Of a stretch of 64,000 nucleotides of DNA, positions 14,765 to 27,497 are shown piece after piece (position 1 is the first letter of the stretch; the number at the start of each line of letters is the position of its first letter). The notes beneath the pieces are model-generated. The model did not search any database, was not told the DNA's origin, and saw only the letters and a program-made list of their open reading frames with translations. The DNA comes from Pirellulales bacterium. GTDB taxonomy: Bacteria; Planctomycetota; Planctomycetia; Pirellulales; PALSA-1355. Location of the stretch: NCBI GenBank assembly GCA_963733035.1, contig CAVTBU010000005.1, forward strand, positions 2,922,951 to 2,986,950, written 5' to 3'. The position numbers were made by a program, and so were the translations under genes.

Positions 14765-16336
14765 CTAGCATTTGAACCTGAGTGCCCGCCCCGGTTGTTC
14801 AGGGCCGGCGATTGTCACCGGCCGACCATGGCTTACGATCTCTGTGCCAGCCACCAGAACGTGGTCGATGCCGACGCAGTACTGGTGTGGGTCATCGTAA
14901 GTCGCCCGGTCGGCGATGGTTTCTGGATCGAAGATTACCAGGTCGGCAAACGCCCCTTCGCGGACTTCGCCCCGATCGACCAGGCCGAAGCGCTCGGCCG
15001 GGATGCCGGTCATCTTTTGCACGGCGGCTTCGAGCGAAAAGAGCTTGCGGTCGCGCACGAGTGGTCCGAGCATTCGAGGGGCGGAGCCGTACATCCGGGG
15101 ATGTACCAGGCCGTCGGAAAAATAGATGCCGTCGGTTCCCATCATAAACTTGGGATGCTGCAGGAACGGGTCGACCAGCGAATCGTCGCCGGCGACCAGC
15201 ACCGAGAGGGCGGCCAGGTTTTCCTCGATCAACAAGTCGCAAACGGCCTCGGCCGCCGGTTGACCGCGGCTGGCGGCCACGTCGGCCAGGGAGCATCCTC
15301 GATAGCGGGCGTTGTCTTTCGTCGCACACCAGGCAAAGCGGATCTTTTCGGGCGGCAGTGGAAAACATTCAAGCAGCGTCGCAAAACGCTCGCGCACGGC
15401 CGGATCGCGGAGCTTTTCGCAAACGGCCAGCGGCCCGTCTTCCCACACCTCGTAGGGAAGCAGGTAGTTGAACATCGTCGAACCACTGGAATAGGGATAA
15501 ATATCGAACGAGAAGTCGACCGCGTGCACGGCGACCCGATCGACGTAGTCCAGCAGCTCCTCGGCATCCGCGGGGGTGCCGGCCTTGAGATGCGAAATAT
15601 GCACCGGCACGCCGGCGCGCTGGCCAATCTCGACGGCTTCTTGCATGCCGCGAAGCGTCCCCTTCTTGTAACGCACATGGCTGACATAGATGCCGCGCCA
15701 GGGAGCCATGGCCGAGCAGACTTCAACCAGCTCGTCGGTTGTGGCAAAGCACTCGGCGACATAGTCGAGCCCAGTGGAGATGCCCACCGCGCCGGCGTCC
15801 ATGGCCTTTTCGACCTCGCGGCGCATGATGTTGATCTGCGTATCGTCGAGCGGTCCGCGCCGCCAACCGGCCGCCAGCACGCGGACGTTCGCATAAGGGA
15901 TTTGAGCGATCACGTTCTGCGCCGTGCGGTGATCTAGCAAAGCCAGATAGTCGGCAATCGACCGCCAGTCCTGGTAATCTTCGAGCACCAGGCCATTCAG
16001 CGCACGCTGGTAGCAGAACCAATCTCGCCAGTTGTGCGGCGAGACCGGAGCATAGGAGATTCCATCGCTCATCAAGATTTCGGTGGTGAAACCTTGACTC
16101 GTCTTGGGTAACAAGTTCGGCGTCTTGAGCAGCCAGCCGTCAGCATGCGTGTGAACGTCGATGAATCCCGGGGACACGACGCGGTTGGCCGCATCGATGG
16201 TGCGCGTCGCCTCGGCTGCGGCCAGGTTGCCAACCGCCGTGATGCGAGCGCCTTGAATGCCGACGTCGGCCGAGAACCGAGGGCCGCCTGTGCCGTCGAC
16301 GATCGCGCCGCCGCGAATGACCAGGTCAAAAAACAA
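14765..16336 (-). CDS. N-acyl-D-amino-acid deacylase (D-aminoacylase family amidohydrolase)
   Basis: FDLVIRGGAIVDGTG, PGFIDVHTHAD, STGLDY, VHISHLK, GTDG, HPRMYG, ADLVIFDP. Confidence 0.9.
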   Translation of the reverse strand: MFFDLVIRGGAIVDGTGGPRFSADVGIQGARITAVGNLAAAEATRTIDAANRVVSPGFIDVHTHADGWLLKTPNLLPKTSQGFTTEILMSDGISYAPVSPHNWRDWFCYQRALNGLVLEDYQDWRSIADYLALLDHRTAQNVIAQIPYANVRVLAAGWRRGPLDDTQINIMRREVEKAMDAGAVGISTGLDYVAECFATTDELVEVCSAMAPWRGIYVSHVRYKKGTLRGMQEAVEIGQRAGVPVHISHLKAGTPADAEELLDYVDRVAVHAVDFSFDIYPYSSGSTMFNYLLPYEVWEDGPLAVCEKLRDPAVRERFATLLECFPLPPEKIRFAWCATKDNARYRGCSLADVAASRGQPAAEAVCDLLIEENLAALSVLVAGDDSLVDPFLQHPKFMMGTDGIYFSDGLVHPRMYGSAPRMLGPLVRDRKLFSLEAAVQKMTGIPAERFGLVDRGEVREGAFADLVIFDPETIADRATYDDPHQYCVGIDHVLVAGTEIVSHGRPVTIAGPEQPGRALRFKC

Positions 16337-16351
16337 AGGGACCTCCCGGGC

Positions 16352-19300
16352 TCAAGGCAAACGGTGTCGAACGGTGTAGAAGGCTTCGGCCGGGAAGAAC
16401 GTCTCGCCGCCGACCAGATTACTCAGGTGAAACTCGTACACAAACCCTTCGCGCAGTTCGTCCAGCTCGAGCTTCACGCCGCGGGCATCGTCGGCCACCT
16501 TGACGCCGCGCACCTTTTCGGCGCGGCGATCGACGTCTTCACCCCCGTAGGCGGGCGTTGAGATGCGGCGATAGGAGACGACCGAATAGTTTGATGGGTT
16601 GGCAGCCTCATCTGTGTTTACGGAGGAGGTGAATTCGATAATGAATCCCCTCCGGTCGACCCGAACTTCCGCTATCCCGGCGCAAACTCGTGCTTGCGGC
16701 GAAGCCGAACGAGTGAGCCGGTGTTCGAGCCGGCGCCCCAGCCGCTGTCACGAATGCTACCTAGGTACAGGTCGCCGTCGGGGGCCACCTGGCAGACGAG
16801 CGGTCCCTCAAAGGTCGGCTCCTCGCCCATCGGCTCGCGCGAGAACGGATATACGGCGCCTTGATACTCGCCGGCAACGCGCTCGAGAGTCATGCGCACC
16901 AGACGTCGGGTGTCGTACTCGCAACCGATGGCGTGTCCCGCGAAGGGGCCGAAATACTCGGCAGCATTCGTCCGGTCCATATCTTCTGGGAGGACAAGAA
17001 AACACAGCCCGTTGACGCTGCGAGTCCAAGGATGCGGGATCTCGATCGCCGCTGTCTGAAAAGGCGGGTTGAAGCCCGGTTTGTATTCGAGGCGATTGAT
17101 GAACCCGTAGCGGGCGCCGGGCACGAGGTGATTCAGCTCATTGAACGGGTTGTAATTGCCCTGGTTGTCCGTGGCGAAAAGTTCGCTGGTGGGCGAGAGA
17201 GCAATGCCTTGCGGAAAGCGGAGTCCGGCACAGATTTCTTCGATGGTGTAGCGTTGGGGATCGTCGTCGGATGGCTCGCGTGGCACGAGCTTGATTGCCC
17301 GGCCTCGCAGATTCGCGGCCGCTTCGCTGCGATGATCTTGTTGGCACGGGAGCGCGACGTAGTAGTTGCCCTCCGCGTCACGCGGCAAGCCGATGGCCCA
17401 GTCGTGATAATCGCGGGTGTGACCCCAGCCGGAGGCGATGCATTCAATGCGGTCGGCCGTGCCGTCATCATCGGTGTCCGTGAGCCGCAGTAGGCCGAAC
17501 TTGTTGATCACGTCGATGGCATCGCCGTTGGCCGCTACCCCGTACGGCGCGGCCAGATCGTCGCTGAATGGCAGCAGCTGGTCCTCGATTTCGTCGCCAT
17601 CGGTATCGTGTGCGAGCCACACGCGACCTTCGAGCGAGCTGACGACCAGCGTTCCATCGGGTCGCCAGCACAAGCCGGTGGGCATCACCTCGTCTGTTAC
17701 CGGCAATTGCACCGCGTCGAAGCCCGGCACGACCGCCAGTTCCATGCGCTCGAGCGTGCGGTCGACCTGGGGCAGCGGTGGAAACCGATCTGGCGTGGCC
17801 TCGGAGCGATATTCGAGCGTACAGGTCGCAGGTTGACCGCCCTGGGCGGCAAATTCGATCGCGGCGCCAAGCGGCGATTGTTCGAATCGTAGGTCGGGTT
17901 CGCCAACAGCGGAAAGGGAAACCTGCACGCTGCCGCGAGGACCGTTCAAAACAGCCGCACGGCCATCGGCTGCGATGGAAACCTCGCCCGGCAAGGCGAG
18001 CAAGCGCCAACGAGCATCGCTGGGGGCGTTGGCGAGAGTTAGTTTACGGCGGAAACCGGTGGGCTGATCGGCTTGGTTGGCGAGCGGGTCGAACTCTTGT
18101 GTCACGTGAATGGCGGTGGGCTTGTCCGCCAAGGAAAAGTGGAGCCGTTGTGTAAACCTTAGCGCCGTCCCTGTATGCTCGACTGTGTCGAACTCCGTCA
18201 CGAATTGGCCGATCCGGTCAGGCAGAATCGTCTGCTTGCCGTGTAAGAGGGAGAGATCGCTGGTCGCGTTTTCCGAGGCCCTTACCGACAAAAGCTGCGG
18301 CATGCCGGCTTCCCAATACCAGCTCTTGCCGCGAGTCTGCTGGCGGGCCGTGTCACCGATCCACCATGCTGCCATGCGCGAGGTGGCCAGGTCGATGAGC
18401 ACGTTGTGCCGGTTTGCCATTCCGATGACCAGCGGCTTAATGAATAGTTGGTCGCCGATTTCAATTACCTCGGTCAAGACGGCCGCCGGTTCGGCAACTT
18501 CCGGCAAGTTTGCCCGCCGCACGACCCGCAGCGCGTTGGGGCTGGGGGGAGTGAAATCTGGGCGATTGAGAACGCGCCAAACGGCCGCCAGTTGTTCGTC
18601 GAGCCTGGCGTCGAGCACGCCGCGCACCGGCTGTTGCACGGAGGGCATCTCCATCTGCGGCACAATCCGTGCCGGGTTGCGAACCCACCGATCAAACCAC
18701 TCGCGTCGCACGCGCTGGCCGATATTCGACAGCGCGCTGCCGTGTGCGTTCAAGGCGACTTTTTGGGGCTCCCATTTGCCGATGGCGTGACAGCTTGTGC
18801 AACCGAAACCATCGGCGGTGACGAGCCGCGGTCCGGCGGCGTCAAGTGCGGACGTCGAAAGTGAGGCGTCTTGGTCCAGCAGGTTCGCGTCGGGACTTGG
18901 TGGGATTCGGTCGGCGGCGATGAAGTGATCGACGATCGTGGTGGTTTCTTCGGGGCTCAGATCAAACTTCGGCATGCGAATTCGGAGCCACGGCCGCCGC
19001 GGACGATCGGGGGCGTCGAGCGACGCAACGAGCGCCCTATCCTGAAGCTTGTCGCCGATGCCGTGCAATGCCGGCGGTTGAAGTGCTGGAAGCACGTCGG
19101 CCAGGGACGCATCGGCGTCGGCCACCGCGGGCAGCCGACCGGCAATTCCGGGCGTCCAACCCCGGGCGTGACATGCCAGACAATTTCGCTCGGCGAGTAA
19201 ATCGTGACCACTACGATTGGCCGGCGCGCCTTTGTCAGCGGCCACCTCCTTCAGGAACGTGCGAATCGCGCGGCGATAGTCCTCGCTCAGCCTGTAACCT

Positions 19301-20724
19301 GGGCGTTTTCCATCAGCAGACGGATCAGCCAGGCAAGTGTCTTCATTGCGAGTGATCGAGGTCGGCGAGAGCGGCGTTTTGTGAATCGAGGTGTCGGAAG
19401 CGAGTAATCGGGGAAGTGCGTGACAACTTGCGCAGCCGGCCTGACGCACGAGTGACATGCCATCGACATCGGAGGGCGATGCGGCGATCTCTCGTGCCGC
19501 GGGTGGTTCCTCCAGGGTTTGGAGGTACAGGCTCAGGCTGGTCCGCTGATCAGCCGTGAGTGGGAAGACCGGCATCCGATGATCACGGTTGAATCGCGCA
19601 GGTTCGTTCAGCCAACGTGCGAAGAACTCGGCCGGGCGCTTTCCGCCCACGTGCGATAAATCGCCGCCGCCGAAAAGTCCATCGGTGCCCAGGTTGCCGA
19701 CACGATGGCAGGCGAGACAGCCGATGCTGCGAAACAAGGTAGCTCCCAGTTCGGCACTTGGCGGAGGAGGTTCGGGCTCGACACTTTTCTGCTTTTTATT
19801 TCGTGACGGCGGCGCGCTTGTGGCTGACTCGCGCAACGTTGAAGGTGGCAACGGGTCAGACGCAGTTAAGAGCGTGTCGGCGATGGCTGCGGCTTGAACG
19901 GTGCTGAAAGCGAAATGCGGCATGCGACGAGGTGCTCGGTTGTTCTCCTGCGGCGCACTCAACCACCGAACCAGCCAGTCGCGCGATAAATTATCCGACA
20001 ATGAAGTCAGCGCTGGCGCTGGCAATGCTTCGGCTTCGCCGGGCAGTTCGTGACAAGCGGCACACCGCAGGCCGCGCACCAAATGCGCGCCGCGTTCGAA
20101 GTTCGGCGAGGGAGTCTGATCGCGATCGTGCAGCAGCCAGCGACTGGCGACCGGCTCGAAGCGAAACTGCGGACCTTCCCAAAAGAGCGCGATCCTCGCC
20201 GGTTCGGTGGTACGGCGGTACTGAACTTCGAGCCGGTGGAATCCAAATCCGAGTTCGATTGGCTCTGCCGCCAGCCAGTCCGGTTTGTCCGAGTGACTAT
20301 CCAGAAGTCGCTGGCCATGGACCGAAAGTTGCACGTGCCCTGCCGCATAGACGCGCAACTTGTAGATGCCGGGGGCCTGCGTCCACAACCGACCGGTAAG
20401 GGTGACGGAAAACGGACCGGGCGGCAGACGGCGGTCGGGGCTTAAGTTGTTCCAAACATGCGACAGTCCGTCGACCAGTTTCACGTGTTCGACGCCGTCC
20501 GGGCCGCGAAAGCGTGCGATCAGCCCCGGCGCAAACGGGTTCTCTTCCTCATCGAGCGCTGCTTCGGCATCTTCGTCGAACCATTGTGCTCGCGCGGGGA
20601 GCGCGGTGACGTTGAACAGGAGCACCGCGGCCAGCAGCGTGACGCACCACGACAACAAAGCCGGCTGCCTGCATCCAGACAACCGGCCAAGTGTTTGCAC
20701 GCCAGTGCTCCATAGACGCGTCAT
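16352..20724 (-). CDS. large multiheme c-type cytochrome: PA14-like domain, five CxxCH motifs, C-terminal beta-propeller (frameshift near 16678)
   Basis: CAACH, CLACH, CASCH, CLACH, CTSCH; propeller motifs MPTGLCW, GLRFPQG, TDNQGNY; after FAPG the frame continues as GIAEVRVDRRGFIIEFT...AEAFYTVRHRLP to TGA at 16352; ATG overlaps upstream stop (ATGA). Confidence 0.85.
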
Positions 20725-21577
20725 CCAGGCAATCCCGCAACGAGGGCCGCGCTGGTAGCGGTAGGACACCAGTGACGCTCGACATGCGCAATGACCAGTG
20801 CCGTGCCTTGGTCGTGCGGCACAAACGGTTTCATGCGCGGGTTGTACATCGTGTCGGTCAGGTCGCGCACCAGCACGGAATTCAGTCCGAGCCGGCTCAT
20901 TTGACGGATGCCGAACGAACGCCCGAGCACGCACATGTTGGTGTGCACACCCATGTACAACACGTTCTTGATGCCTTGCTCGACGAAGTAGCTGTAGACC
21001 TGCTTGCCGTCGTCGGAGATGAAGTCGCCGTCGGCAATCTCAATGGCCGGGTGTTGCCGCGTCCAGGGACTTCCCTGTTTGCATTGCGGTTGGCAATCGC
21101 AGCCGCCGTCGGAATCGTCTATCGGCAGGTCGCCTTCGTGTCCTTTGTCGAGCGAGCACCAGCCGGCGATTGGCACCGGTGGTTTGACGAGCGAGATCGT
21201 CAGTGCCCGCTGGCGTGCTGGATGATCTTTGTAAAACTCGAGCGTGTCGGACGGAGAGTGAACGATGTGAACGCCGGCATGGCGAGCATCGTTGACGACC
21301 GGCGCCATGCGTTTGGCAATCTCGCCGCAACGGCGCGTGGCGCTGCGCACCAGTGCTTATTCCACATGTCACAAATTAAGATGGCCGTCTCGCGAGGCGG
21401 CAGATTGCGTGTCTCGGACTTGTCGCCCGAAGCATCCTTCCATCGCACGGGCAAACGCAACGAGGTGTTTGTGCCGACATCGGCGGCACGCAGCAATCCG
21501 GGCATCGCGCCACCGAGCATGCATCCGGCGGCCGAGCCCAGCAAGAACCGTCGCCGCGAAGTCTCCACGTTACGCAT
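20721..21577 (-). CDS. Tat-exported isochorismatase/cysteine hydrolase family protein (frameshift near 21348)
   Basis: SRRRFLLG signal; ICDMWNKHWC joins RSATRRCGE...HSPSDT...GVHTNMCVLGRSFG...RDLTDTMYNP. Confidence 0.85.
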
Positions 21578-21615
21578 TACCAGACCCTCCCTTTTTGGTT
21601 TTGGCGCTCGATCTT

Positions 21616-24600
21616 CTAGTTGGCCGGCGGTGCCGCCAGGTAGGCAAACAAATCAGCGATCTCCTCCTCGGTGAGCGTATTGAACAGTCCGTCCGGCATG
21701 GCGGATTTCTTGCTTGGCACGATCTGGTCGATATCGCCCTTGGCGACATTTGCCTTTTCACCGTTCGCCTGCAAGACGACGACCCCGTCGCCCGTTTCAC
21801 CAACCAGCCCCGTGTAAACCTGTCCATCGTTGGTGAGGACGGTCTTGGCGGCAAACTGGTCGGAGATGACCAGCGAGGGGAATACGACCGACTCCAGAAT
21901 CTCCTTCTTTTGGAATCGCTTGCTGACGTTTGTCAGGTCGGGACCGATGCCTTCGCCGCGGGTGCCATAGCGATGGCACTTGATGCATTGCGCCTTCTCG
22001 AACACGGCGGCACCGCGGTTCGCGTCGGCCTTCGCGGCAGACGGACTACCAAGCAGGTCGAGAACCGAAGCATAGACGTGCTGGCCCTCGGGTTCTTTCG
22101 GCAGCACGGCTTCGGGCTGATTCGGATAGGTTTCGGCGAACCACTTTTGCCAGGAGGCGAGTGCCGTTTGCCACGGCTCGCGAGGTTCGGCCACTTTGGC
22201 ACCCGTCCAGCGAAGCAGTAGCTGCGACGCATCGCGACCACCCTGATCTCCAAGCTTGAGGCCCAGGAGGATCACTTGCCGCTGATCCTGCGGGTTGTCA
22301 TTGCGTTTTGGATATTTTTGCAGGGCCCGAATCACGTCGTGCGCCGTTGAACCTTCGACGACCGTGAGTGAGCGAACCAACAGGGGCCAATCCTCGTCGC
22401 GACGGGCCCTGTTCATGGAATACGTGGCCAGCGCCTCGGCCACGTGATGCCGGCGAGCTGGCGTGCTCTCGAATATCTCGTGCAAATAGGGCAGGGCCGA
22501 CGCATCGCCATGACCCAGCGCGATGATCGTGGCCTTGGCCAGTTCCTGCGCTTCGGGCGAATGGTTGCCAGCCAGTCCTCGGTCGAGATCCAGTAGCGCC
22601 GCCGTCTGTTCGGCCGACAACTTACTCGTCAGGTGCTGAACAACGCCGAGCGCGCGGCCGGGTCTTGGGCTCCCTTGCGAATGCGGGCCATTTGCTCCTC
22701 GGGCGGCATGTTCTTGAGGACATCGTTGGCGCCGTTGGTCAGGTAGCCACGGTAGCTGTTGCCACCTTCGAATGCACGGGCGAGAGCAAGAAAATCCAAC
22801 AAGCCACTGCGCAGTTCCGGAGTCCAGCCGGCATTGAGGTGACGGGCCAGCATGGCTGCTTGAATCCGCTCCGCGATCGGCGCGTCACTTTTGAGGTGTG
22901 CCACCAGCCGCGGGGCGAGCGTTGGATCCTGCAGCATCACGAGCGTGCGGACCAACTCGCGGTTCAGCCGGGCATCGCCCGCGGGAAAGCGTGCCGAGAT
23001 GACGCTCCGCAGGGCCGTTTGCTCACCGGGTTTGAATCCACCCCGATGCAGCGCCAGCTCCACGACGCGCAGCAGATCGAGTACGTCATCGTCGCCCAGG
23101 TCCGTGCCCAGCCACTTGTGACAGCCGGTGAGAATGGCCGCGCACGTATCGCGGTCGGCGTCCAGCACTTCCAATGCCACGGCTCCCTGAATGAAGACAC
23201 GCGGGTTGGTCGACGAGAGCACCAGCGATTGCCATTGATCTTTCGGCAGTTCCTCGAGTGCTCGTCGCGCTTCCCAGGCGACAAAGCGATTTGGTTCGGC
23301 CAGTCGTTCTAGTAGCTTTTCGACGGGGGCCGCGTGTTGCGCCCGCACCAGCGACGCACAGGCCAGCCGGCGGACGTTTGGATCGGGATCGTCAAGCAGA
23401 GCCACCAGCCGATCGTTCGAAGCCGGAGTGGCATGGACGCCCATCAGGTAGGTTGCCTTGGATCGCACCTCGGGGCTGTCGTCTTTCGACACGCCAATGA
23501 GCAGTTCGTCGGCCGGACCGGTGCCGTAAAGTTGCATCAGATCTAGCGCACGCACGCGATCTCGTGGCGAGTTGTCTTTGTTGATCGCGACGGCAAACAG
23601 CGCGGGACCCCACTGGTCGCCGAGTTCTTTCTTCACGTGACGGGTTGCACGGCGCGCCCAAGCGGCCGAAGGCTGCGGCTGATGGATGGCCTGAGCGATG
23701 CCTACCGCAGCAGGAGCGGCGGTTTTCTGGTTTTCAGGCTGCTCCTCGGTCACGACGCGCAGTATCGAGCCCTCTGTGTTTCGTCCACCGACGCAGATAT
23801 AGAGCCAACCATCTGGGCCAACGTCGATGTCGGAACAATTCAACGGGCGACCTTCGAGAAAGATTTCGCCTTCGGCTTGATAAGTTCCTCGATCAGGTTG
23901 CATCGTTACCGCCAGCACACGTCCCTGCGACCAGTCGCACATGAAGAAAGCATTTTGATATTTCTTGGGGAACCGCTCATGCTCGTAGAACACGACGCCG
24001 GTGGGTGAACCGCGGCCGATGTCGATTGTGGCCGGCAGGCTATCGACATAGTAGGCCGGCCACTTCGACCAACCGCTGCGCCAGCCGAACTCGGCCCCGG
24101 GAATCAGGTGATTGACGCGGGTCGGGCGATACCAGGGCAAGCCGACGTCCCATTCCATGTCGCTGTCGTAGGTGAACAGTTCGCCCGCGCGATTGAAGGC
24201 ATGGTCGTAGGCGTTGCGGAAGCCGCCGACGAACAGTTCCAGAAAGCTGCCGTTGGTGTCGGTGCGAACGACCGAGCCGCCCGGCGCCTTGATGCCCGAG
24301 GCATGGCCGTTGGCGTCTTCGTATTTGGGGGTGATCAGTTCACCGTCGTAGAAATGATGATGCGGGCTGCTCTTTGCCAGTTCGCCTTCGACGAACGTGT
24401 GGTTACCGAGCATCAGGTAGACAAGGCCGTCTGGGCCGAGGATCGGCGAGTGCGGCCCGTGTTCTCCCATGCCCCCTTTGAACTTGATCAGCGATTCGAC
24501 TTTGTCGACCTGGCCATCCTTGTTCGTGTCCGTCAGCCGATAGAAGCAGGTGTCGGACGGGCCCTCGCCGATCACGAAAACGTGCTCGCCGAGCGGCAGG

Positions 24601-24914
24601 ATACCCTGGCAGTTGGAGACCTTGTCGCAGAACGTGCTGACGGTTTCAAACTGCCCGTCGTGGTCCTTGTCTTGGATGAGCAACAGCGGCCCCCGTTCGC
24701 GCGAGGCGAGGATGTCGCCGTCTTCGTTGAAGACCATGGTTACCAGCGAACCCGTCGAGCCGGGCTTTACGACTTCCTCGACTTTAAAGCCAGCGAGAGG
24801 GCTGAAGCGGCCGGGATCGGCCGGAGCATCTTCCGCAAATCCCGTTGCGGACATCAGGCCAAAGATTGCGATGAGGGCCGCCGCCGGGTGGAGTCTGAGC
24901 CGCAACAAAGTCAT
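21616..24914 (-). CDS. PVC-type heme-binding protein: beta-propeller, HEAT repeats, C-terminal CxxCH domain (frameshift near 22650)
   Basis: MGEHGPH, GFRNAYD, YDSDMEWD, GRGSPTG; HEAT repeats (DDSPEVR, DDPDPNVR); CIKCHRYG...GPDLT...LIKE-family ending SAMPDGL...ADLFAYL. Confidence 0.88.
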
Positions 24915-25215
24915 GGATCGGGTGCCTCGCGGAAGGATGGAATGATTGCGCATCGGGTGGGGGAAAGACGCCGCGGAACCGGCAGAATATTCCGGTCGGG
25001 GCGAGTCTAGGTCCTCTAGTATAGACAACCCTCGGGCCTCATGCACCACACCGCACCGGGGCCGTTTTTGTCAAACCGAACGTGCCGCGGTTGACTCCGA
25101 AAGGCCGGTCGCCGAAGCTAGTTGCGTTGCGGCGATTCGGGCGGGTCGCTACCTTTCGCTTACGACCTTCCGGTACTCAGCCGGCTCAGACTGTGAGCTC
25201 ACCCGTGGGACCGCC

Positions 25216-26599
25216 ATGAAGAAGCCCCGCATTCTGATCGTCGAGTCCGACGCCGCCGCGAGTCGGCAGTGTCAGAAAGCCCTGGCCGCGCTCGGAGCAC
25301 CGGAATTTGACACGGTGGCGCAGGCGGACGAGCGCTTGAACGGCTGCGCGGCAATTCTTTCGATCTGGTCGTTGTCAACGCCGACACGGAAGCGCCGGCC
25401 GATTTCGACCTGCTCCAGGCGATTCGGCAGCTCGACGCCGAGCTACCGCTGATCGTCACCACCACGCGGCCGTCGATCGATTCGGCTACCGAAAGCTTGC
25501 GATTGGGTGCCGGAGACTATTTGCCCCAACCCGTCGATGCGGCGGCCTTGGCCAGCGCGGCCAAACGCTTGCTTTCGGGACGTCGGTTGGGGGCCGAGTA
25601 CGAGCTGTTGCGCCGCCAGGTTGAACGGCCCTATGGCTTCGACGATATGATTGGCGGCTCGGCCGCCATGCGCAAGGTTTTCGAGACGATCGAACAGGTG
25701 GCCAACTCGGACGTCGACGTGCTGGTCGTGGGTGAAACGGGAACGGGCAAGGAGTTGGTCGCCCGCAGCATTCACCGTCGCAGTCGGCGGGCGAAGGGGC
25801 CATTCGTGCCGGTCGATTGTGGAGCGATTCCCGAGAACTTGTTGGAGAGCGAGTTCTACGGTCACGAGAAGGGAGCGTTTACCGGAGCCGAGAGCCGCAG
25901 AATCGGACTGCTCGAGTTTGCCGACCGCGGCACGTTCTTTCTGGATGAGCTTGGCGAGCTACCGATGCTGTTGCAGGCGAAATTGTTGCGGACGCTGCAA
26001 GAGCGGAAGATTCGCCGCGTGGGCGGGCGCGAGGAGATCGAGGTTGACGTGCGCGTGGTGGCCGCCACGGCGCGGAATCTCGACGAGATGATCCGTCAGG
26101 GGCAATTCCGGCAGGATCTTTACTACCGGATCAACGTGGTGCGGATCGACCTGCCCCCGTTGCGCGAGCGAGGTGACGACATCGGACTGCTCGCAGAGTA
26201 CATGGCCCAGCGCTATGGCCGGGAGATGGGCGCGAGGTCAAGAGTATTACCCCCGAAGCGTATCAGGTCCTTTCGCAGTATCGCTGGCCGGGCAATGTCC
26301 GCGAACTGCAAAACGTGATTCGGCGGGCGATTGCACTGGCCAAGGGGCCGCTGATTACGCTCGAGGACTTGCCCGATGAAGTCGTGGATGTTGCCGGCGA
26401 GGGGCGTTCGACGGGCGATGTCGGCTACTTCCAGCTCCGTGATGAGCACCTGGCGCAGTTTGAACGCCAATACCTCCGAGAGTTGCTGGCCAGGCATCAT
26501 GGCGACGTGCGGACGGCGGCTTTCGAGGCCAAGCTGCCGCGGGGAACGTTGTATCGGTTGATGAAAAAGCACGACTTGGACGGAGGGAGTTTTCGATGA
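25216..26599 (+). CDS. sigma-54-dependent (NtrC-type) activator with degenerate receiver domain (frameshifts near 25320 and 26232)
   Basis: GETGTGKE, ESEFYGHEKGAFTGA, FLDELGE, FRQDLYYRINV, WPGNVRELQN, Fis-type HTH (PRGTLYRLMKK). Confidence 0.9.
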
Positions 26600-26672
26600 G
26601 GCGATTGTCAGTCGTCCTTCACGGTTGGACTCGGTCCGCGTTTTTGGGAGCCGTTTGGAGTTGTGGGGAGCT

Positions 26673-26688
26673 GTCACATCTTTGTGAC
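26673..26688. promoter_or_regulatory. palindrome GTCACA-N4-TGTGAC, candidate upstream activator site
   Basis: Perfect 6-bp inverted repeat about 210 bp upstream of the -24/-12 element. Confidence 0.4.
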
Positions 26689-26898
26689 TCGCGTTTCATC
26701 GGCGCGAAACATCCAAATACTCCGGCAGACGGTCGCAAACAGAGGATTTTCGGGCAAAGCCTATCGGCAGCGCCTCGCAGGCGCGAATATAGCTTTTCCT
26801 CTTCCGATTGCACGGACCCACGCCGTTGAGTTTTCAAGGCCAGTCCCTGCTTCGCTTTACGTACGACAAGGAGATAATCGGCGCGACAAACGGAACTT

Positions 26899-26914
26899 CG
26901 GCACGGGCATTGCT
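26899..26914 (+). promoter_or_regulatory. sigma-54 -24/-12 promoter of glnB
   Basis: cGGCACGGGCATTGCT: GG 26900-26901, 10-nt spacer, GC 26912-26913; matches TGGCACG-N4-TTGCW. Confidence 0.8.
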
Positions 26915-27013
26915 TTTGAAGTGAGTCGCCAACGGAGGAAAGGGAGTCCGGCGGCGAAGGGAGCTTTTCAATCAACACACGCTTGAACAAATTGAGCGAA
27001 ACATCTTTCGTGA

Positions 27014-27364
<351 letters not shown>

Positions 27365-27458
27365 GCGAGAGCGGCCTTGAGCCGCACCACCGCTTTGTGC
27401 AGGCGGCACAAGCGGCAGCGCCTGCGGTCGACGGATTGCATCGAGCGCGCCGCTCATC

Positions 27459-27497
27459 AAGAGAGCTCGGGGAAAGCATTCCCCGGGCTTCTCTTTT
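27459..27497 (+). terminator. intrinsic terminator-like hairpin after glnB
   Basis: AAGAGAGCTCGGGGAA-agca-TTCCCCGGGCTTCTCTTTT. Confidence 0.65.
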
